Positions 1 through 3,373 of a stretch of 5,519 bases of DNA are shown here, piece by piece. Every line of letters starts with the position of its first letter. The first letter of the stretch is position 1. This DNA comes from Candidatus Iainarchaeum sp. (GTDB lineage Archaea > Iainarchaeota > Iainarchaeia > Iainarchaeales > CSSED10-239). The DNA lies in assembly GCA_028700905.1 (NCBI GenBank), contig JAQVRT010000045.1, forward strand, positions 1 through 5,519. The letters run 5' to 3'. The notes beneath the pieces were generated by a model. That model ran no database searches. It saw only the letters and a list, made by a program, of their open reading frames with translations, and was not told the DNA's origin. The position numbers and the translations under genes were made by a program.

Positions 1-1
1 C

Positions 2-1174
2 CTGAAAGAGCTGAAGGGGATGGACGAGACCGTGAACGTCATTATGATCACAGCCGACAACTCGGTAAAAACAGCCGTACACGCCCTGAAGGTCGGGGCA
101 TACGATTACATAACCAAGCCTTTTAATATCGAGGAGCTGATGCAGCTTACCGCAAAAGCCATAGAAAAGACTGCGCTTCAGAAAGAGAACCTTTACTTAA
201 AAGCTTCCGCTACAAGCTCAGAATCGCAGATCGTCGGCATGAGCCTGAAGACAACCGAGCTGCTCTCCCTCATCGAAACAGTCGCACAAAGCCCTTCCAC
301 TGTTCTCCTCTTCGGAGAAACCGGGGTTGGGAAGGAGCTTGCGGCAAGGCAGATACACAAATTGTCCCCCAGACACAATAAATTCTTTGTCGCTGTGAAC
401 TGCGCGGCGATTCCTGAGAACCTGATCGAATCCGAACTGTTCGGGCACGAAAAAGGGGCCTTCACCGGAGCCTGCGAAAGATATATCGGGAAATTCGAAA
501 TGGCAGACGGCGGGACACTGTTCCTGGATGAGGTGGGAACCCTTCCCGCAGCTATGCAGGCAAAATTATTAAGGGTCCTTCAGGACAAGACAATAGAAAG
601 GCTCGGGGGAGAAAGGCCTATCCGAGTTGATACGCGCATAATATCCGCCACCAACATCGACCTGAAAAAAGCCGTCGAAGAAGGCAGGTTCAGGGAAGAC
701 CTGTTCTACCGGCTTAACGTGATCCCCGTAGAGGTTCCGCCCCTGAGAGAACGCAAGAGCGACATCGAGCTCCTCGCAAATTATTTTCTTAAAAAATACG
801 CTGCCGCTTTCGGTAAAGAACCGAAGGAGTTCTCCCCCGAAGCCATGAGCACGCTTATCTCTTACAGGTGGCCTGGGAATATCCGCGAACTTGAAAACCT
901 TGTTGAAAGGCTTGTGGTATTGAGCAAAAACCCGTCAATAGACGAGGAAGACCTCCCCCGCGAGATGACCATGAGAGAGACCGCAATAACCGAACCGGAA
1001 ATGGAATTTAAGAGCCTCAAAGAAGCCACAATAGCCTTTGAGAAAAGCCTGATAGACAAGATCATTTCAAAAGCCGGAGGGAATAAAGCCAAAGCGGCCA
1101 AAATTCTGGGCATACACCGCAACACCCTGGCCCAGATAGAGAAAAAGAGCGGAGACGCGCCCGAAGCACAATAA
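2..1174 (+). CDS. Sigma-54-dependent response regulator (NtrC/AtoC-type bacterial enhancer-binding protein), 5' partial with the N-terminus off the window
   Basis: The frame is open from base 2 (LKELKG precedes the track Met at 20), so the Met at 20 is internal. The tail of a receiver domain is present (VIMITA, conserved Lys in YITKPF). A complete AAA+ activator core follows: Walker A GETGVGKE (314-337), sigma-54 contact loop GAFTGA (455-472), Walker B LFLDEV (518-535), RIISATN, FREDLFYRLNV and WPGNIRELEN. The C-terminus has a Fis-type HTH (GGNKAKAAKILGIHRNTL). Stop TAA is at 1172-1174. Confidence 0.93.
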   Translation: MKELKGMDETVNVIMITADNSVKTAVHALKVGAYDYITKPFNIEELMQLTAKAIEKTALQKENLYLKASATSSESQIVGMSLKTTELLSLIETVAQSPSTVLLFGETGVGKELAARQIHKLSPRHNKFFVAVNCAAIPENLIESELFGHEKGAFTGACERYIGKFEMADGGTLFLDEVGTLPAAMQAKLLRVLQDKTIERLGGERPIRVDTRIISATNIDLKKAVEEGRFREDLFYRLNVIPVEVPPLRERKSDIELLANYFLKKYAAAFGKEPKEFSPEAMSTLISYRWPGNIRELENLVERLVVLSKNPSIDEEDLPREMTMRETAITEPEMEFKSLKEATIAFEKSLIDKIISKAGGNKAKAAKILGIHRNTLAQIEKKSGDAPEAQ

Positions 1175-1177
1175 AGA

Positions 1178-1212
1178 GTGCATGATATGCACATTTTATT
1201 GTGCACATGCAC
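1178..1212 (+). promoter_or_regulatory. Candidate enhancer (UAS): four TGCAC/GTGCA half-sites forming overlapping inverted repeats
   Basis: The sequence reads GTGCA(1178-1182)-tgata-TGCAC(1188-1192)-attttatt-GTGCA(1201-1205)-ca-TGCAC(1208-1212). It can be read as GTGCAT-N3-ATGCAC (1178-1192), TGCAC-N8-GTGCA (1188-1205) and GTGCA-N2-TGCAC (1201-1212). ATGCAC recurs as a direct repeat 20 bp apart (1187, 1207). The cluster lies about 40-70 bp upstream of the -24 element. The half-site matches the enteric NtrC consensus half-site (TGCACC-N5-GGTGCA), although the spacer here is 1 bp longer. Confidence 0.45.
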
Positions 1213-1248
1213 TTGCGCCATGCGTACTTCCAGCTCTAAGGCCTCCGA

Positions 1249-1264
1249 TGGCGGGATAGTTGCT
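1249..1264 (+). promoter_or_regulatory. Sigma-54 (RpoN) -24/-12 promoter
   Basis: TGGCGG-GATAG-TTGCT compared with the consensus TGGCAC-N5-TTGCW. GG (1250-1251) and GC (1262-1263) have the canonical spacing. The element sits 35 bp upstream of the ATG at 1299, downstream of the half-site cluster and next to a bEBP gene. Confidence 0.65.
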
Positions 1265-1287
1265 CTTGTGACAGTAAAATATCCGAA

Positions 1288-1294
1288 GGGAGGG
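1288..1294 (+). promoter_or_regulatory. Shine-Dalgarno sequence for the 112-aa ORF
   Basis: GGGAGGG lies 4 nt upstream of ATG 1299 and 7 nt upstream of the adjacent in-frame ATG 1302. Confidence 0.6.
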
Positions 1295-1298
1295 CAAA

Positions 1299-1637
1299 AT
1301 GATGCAGGAGAAGAACTTTCAGCAAGAGATCGCTTCCAGGCGCGGCGTTTCGCATGAGCCGGCTGTTTTGTTCGGAATAAAGGACGAGGAAAAGATCGAG
1401 TCGTTTGAAAAGATGCTTTCAGAGCTTCTCCGGTTTTCTGACACCATCCCTGAAGCCCTTAACAAGATGGTCAAGGCTGCGCTGGCCTGCGAGTTCGGCA
1501 ATGGGATCCTGGATGGCAAAAAGTCCGACATGATGGTAAAATCAATATCCGGGAGCATCCTGGCCGATGGCGAGCTAAGGAGACAGGCCCTCCTGGTAAT
1601 AGACCGCTTTGCCAAAGCCGATGAGCTTAATGCATGA
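1299..1637 (+). CDS. Hypothetical small protein (112 aa), apparently helical and soluble, no family recognised
   Basis: It has a strong SD and a tandem ATG-ATG start. It lies immediately downstream of the predicted sigma-54 promoter. Its stop TGA (1635-1637) overlaps the ATG (1634-1636) of the next gene in an ATGA arrangement. No TM segment or signal peptide is visible. The composition is charged and amphipathic (EEKIESFEKMLSELLRF, LNKMVKAALA, ELRRQALLVIDRFAKA). The true start could be 1302. Confidence 0.7.
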   Translation: MMQEKNFQQEIASRRGVSHEPAVLFGIKDEEKIESFEKMLSELLRFSDTIPEALNKMVKAALACEFGNGILDGKKSDMMVKSISGSILADGELRRQALLVIDRFAKADELNA

Positions 1638-2998
1638 AAAGTGACAAGCCCTGCATACTGATAGTGGACGATGAAGAAAGCATAAGGGAATCTTTTTCGC
1701 TTATTCTCCAGGACGATTATGAGCTGATATCGGTATCAACAGGCGAAGCCGCGCTCAAAAAAGCCGTAGACCACAAGATCGATCTTGTCTTCCTCGACAT
1801 CAGGATGCCCGGAATGGACGGCATGGAAACCCTCCAAAGGCTTAAAAAGATAGACCCTTCGATAGAAGTCATTATGGTGACAGCGGTAAACGATGTGCAA
1901 AAAGCCGGCGAATCCGTAAAGATAGGCGCCAATAATTACATAGTAAAGCCTTTCGACGTATCGCAAATAATCTCAATGGCCAAAGCTCTGACACGAGGAA
2001 AGCAGCTTATGGCATCGGCTTCCAGGATCAGAGAGGAATCTCTGTCCGCCCCATCGTTCCCGGAACTGACAGGCCGGAGCAAGGCTCTCCAGGCAATGAT
2101 GGAAAAGGCATTGGAACTTGCGGATTCCGAACTCCCGATATTGATACTCGGAGAACCGGGCACCGAAAAAGAGACTATCGCATATACCATACATTCCTCC
2201 GGGGCAAGGAAAGGCTCACGTTTCGGAGTGCTGGACCTCCCAAAGGGGCTGAACGAAATAGATATCTACAAAAAGATCTTCGGTTCAGGAAAAGGCACTT
2301 TTGTCTACGACCTGGACAAGAGCTCCGGAATGCTCGAACGGTTTGCCGGCGGAACACTGCTTATCAACAATATCGAGAACGCCACCGAAAGCCTTATCAA
2401 GGCTCTGTCCGAGGCATCAGAAAAAAAGACGGCAAGAAGGCACGGAAGCTCACAGGACATCCCGGTGGATATCAGATTTATCTTCTCTTCTTCTGATAAC
2501 GTATCAAGCAGCGGGGAAACACCGGAAAACCCTGCGCTTGAACGTCTTTTCAGCAAATCCCTGCTGATCCCTCCTTTGAGGTCGCGGCGTGAAGACATTC
2601 AGGATATCTGCCAGGAGCTGGTATTGCAGCTCGGGAAAAGCCTGGGAAGGAAAACAAAGGAGCTCAGCCTTGACGCACAGGAGATATTGAGCTCCTATCC
2701 GTGGCCGGGAAATTACAATGAACTCCACGGAGTTCTAAAGAAGGCCGTCGCTTCAAGCGGGAACGAAGTTTTGACCACGCAGGACCTGCCTTTCTCGCTT
2801 CTCATGTGGTCCCCGGCTTTTTCCTATATAGAAGAAGCTTACGGGTCCTCGCTGGACAGCCTGAACTCTCTGTTTGAGAAGGAGTTCATACTCAAAATAC
2901 TGAAAAAATGCAACTTTGAGATACAGACTGCCGCAAAAGTCCTGAATATGAACAAGAACATCCTGATTTCAAAGATCGAGACGCTGGAGATAAAATAG
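1634..2998 (+). CDS. NtrC-family response regulator paralogue with a degenerate (predicted ATPase-dead, sigma-54-blind) AAA+ domain and a Fis-type HTH
   Basis: The receiver domain carries all canonical residues: D12/D13, phospho-acceptor D55 (1796-1798, in FLDIRMPGMDG), T83 and K105 (VKPF). The central domain aligns with the upstream EBP, but its motifs are substituted: Walker A GEPGTEKE (2150-2173), GAFTGA replaced by GTFVYD (2294-2311), Walker B LLINNI (2357-2374), RFIFSSS in place of RIISATN, no FREDLFYRL equivalent, and GNYNELHG (2708-2731) in place of GNIRELEN. The scaffold motifs IPPLRSRREDI and YPWPGN are retained. A C-terminal HTH is present (TAAKVLNMNKNILISKI, about 2903-2977). Stop TAG is at 2996-2998. 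Confidence 0.9.
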   Translation: MKSDKPCILIVDDEESIRESFSLILQDDYELISVSTGEAALKKAVDHKIDLVFLDIRMPGMDGMETLQRLKKIDPSIEVIMVTAVNDVQKAGESVKIGANNYIVKPFDVSQIISMAKALTRGKQLMASASRIREESLSAPSFPELTGRSKALQAMMEKALELADSELPILILGEPGTEKETIAYTIHSSGARKGSRFGVLDLPKGLNEIDIYKKIFGSGKGTFVYDLDKSSGMLERFAGGTLLINNIENATESLIKALSEASEKKTARRHGSSQDIPVDIRFIFSSSDNVSSSGETPENPALERLFSKSLLIPPLRSRREDIQDICQELVLQLGKSLGRKTKELSLDAQEILSSYPWPGNYNELHGVLKKAVASSGNEVLTTQDLPFSLLMWSPAFSYIEEAYGSSLDSLNSLFEKEFILKILKKCNFEIQTAAKVLNMNKNILISKIETLEIK

Positions 2999-3001
2999 AT
3001 C

Positions 3002-3085
3002 TGCCGTTGGTCGGAGTCGAACCGACATGGGTTTTCACCCAAGGGATTTTAAGTCCCTCGTGTATACCAATTCCACCACAACGGC
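3002..3085 (-). tRNA. tRNA-Leu, anticodon UAA (class II, long variable arm), no encoded CCA
   Basis: The reverse complement folds as a cloverleaf. The acceptor stem is GCCGTTG/CAACGGC. The D arm is GTG-GAATTGGTATA-CAC. The anticodon arm is AGGGA-CTTAAAA-TCCCT, with anticodon TAA. The variable arm is GGGT-GAAA-ACCC. The T arm is GTCGG-TTCGACT-CCGAC, and the discriminator is A (3002). The following bases are GAT, not CCA. Confidence 0.95.
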
Positions 3086-3369
3086 TACTGCCTGTCTTTT
3101 AAAATGACCTTGTAAGCCGATTCATCTTCCCTTACATATCCCAGCCTGCGCCTTGCCAAAAGCCCGATATGCCCGTCTGTCTCAAGGGCTTTTAATCTGG
3201 ATATAAGGATCTTGTTCCTTTCGCTTTCCCTAGATATCTCGGTTGCAAGCCTTTTTTCAAGCCTTTCCAATGAGTCATAACGGCTCATATTGCCCCTTAT
3301 CACCGCGACTGAGGCAACTATCGCCAACAGGAGTAAAATTAGATCGTAGCGAACCTTTGAGCGTTTCAT
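3085..3369 (-). CDS. ftsB: Septum formation initiator family protein (FtsB/DivIC-like), 94 aa
   Basis: MKRSKVRYD is followed by a single TM segment (LILLLLAIVASVAVI), then a coiled-coil stretch (LERLEKRLATEISRESERNKILISRLKAL), then the family's C-terminal signature (IGLLARRRLGYVREDESAYKVIL, compare E. coli FtsB [22 protein letters not shown]). I prefer the ATG at 3369 over the track start at 3405, which is a TTG lying 32 nt inside the upstream gene. Stop TAG is at 3085-3087. The gene symbol is a family-level assignment only. Confidence 0.72.
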   Translation of the reverse strand: MKRSKVRYDLILLLLAIVASVAVIRGNMSRYDSLERLEKRLATEISRESERNKILISRLKALETDGHIGLLARRRLGYVREDESAYKVILKDRQ

Positions 3370-3373
3370 TGTA

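Noticed and set aside
1178-1200. Possible rho-independent terminator for the EBP gene (GTGCAT-gat-ATGCAC followed by ATTTTATT)
   Set aside because: The stem is only 6 bp with a 3-nt loop, and the T-tract is interrupted. The same sequence is better explained as part of a repeated half-site array. A weak dual role is possible but unsupported.
862-1221. 119-aa minus-strand ORF overlapping the 3' end of the EBP gene and the half-site cluster
   Set aside because: It is antisense to a CDS with unmistakable EBP and HTH motifs. The composition is Ser/Leu/Arg/Cys-rich, typical of a shadow frame. There is no SD and no recognisable motif.
1319-1615. 98-aa minus-strand ORF mirroring the 112-aa small ORF
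   Set aside because: The plus-strand ORF has the sigma-54 promoter, a strong SD and the ATGA coupling. The minus-strand product is Ser/Arg/Pro-rich low-complexity sequence with no ribosome-binding site, so it is probably an antisense shadow.
2421-2427. A7 homopolymer inside the degenerate regulator gene (also A7/T7 tracts at 3579-3585 and 5312-5318) as phase-variation sites
   Set aside because: Seven-base tracts are too short to argue for programmed slippage. They encode ordinary Lys-rich (or reverse-strand Phe) codons, and the ORFs are intact.
1717-2728. Several 60-97-aa ORFs on both strands inside the degenerate regulator gene (for example 1936-2190 minus, 2301-2567 plus, 2305-2598 minus)
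   Set aside because: All are nested within a 454-aa ORF that has clear receiver, AAA+-like and HTH homology. None has an SD or a motif, so I treat them as frame shadows.
2999-3085. tRNA-Leu as an integration site, with the plus-strand regulatory genes as a genomic-island edge
   Set aside because: I noticed no integrase, no duplicated tRNA 3' segment (att repeat) and no obvious compositional break in the window. The regulator stop codon is 3 nt from the tRNA end, leaving no att scar. This cannot be tested without flanking sequence.
3086-3150. Sigma-70-like promoter for the tRNA inside the ftsB 3' coding region (TTACAA ... TTTAAA on the minus strand)
   Set aside because: The hexamers are poorly matched and spaced only about 6 nt apart, and I could find no convincing -35/-10 pair with a 16-18 bp spacer by eye.
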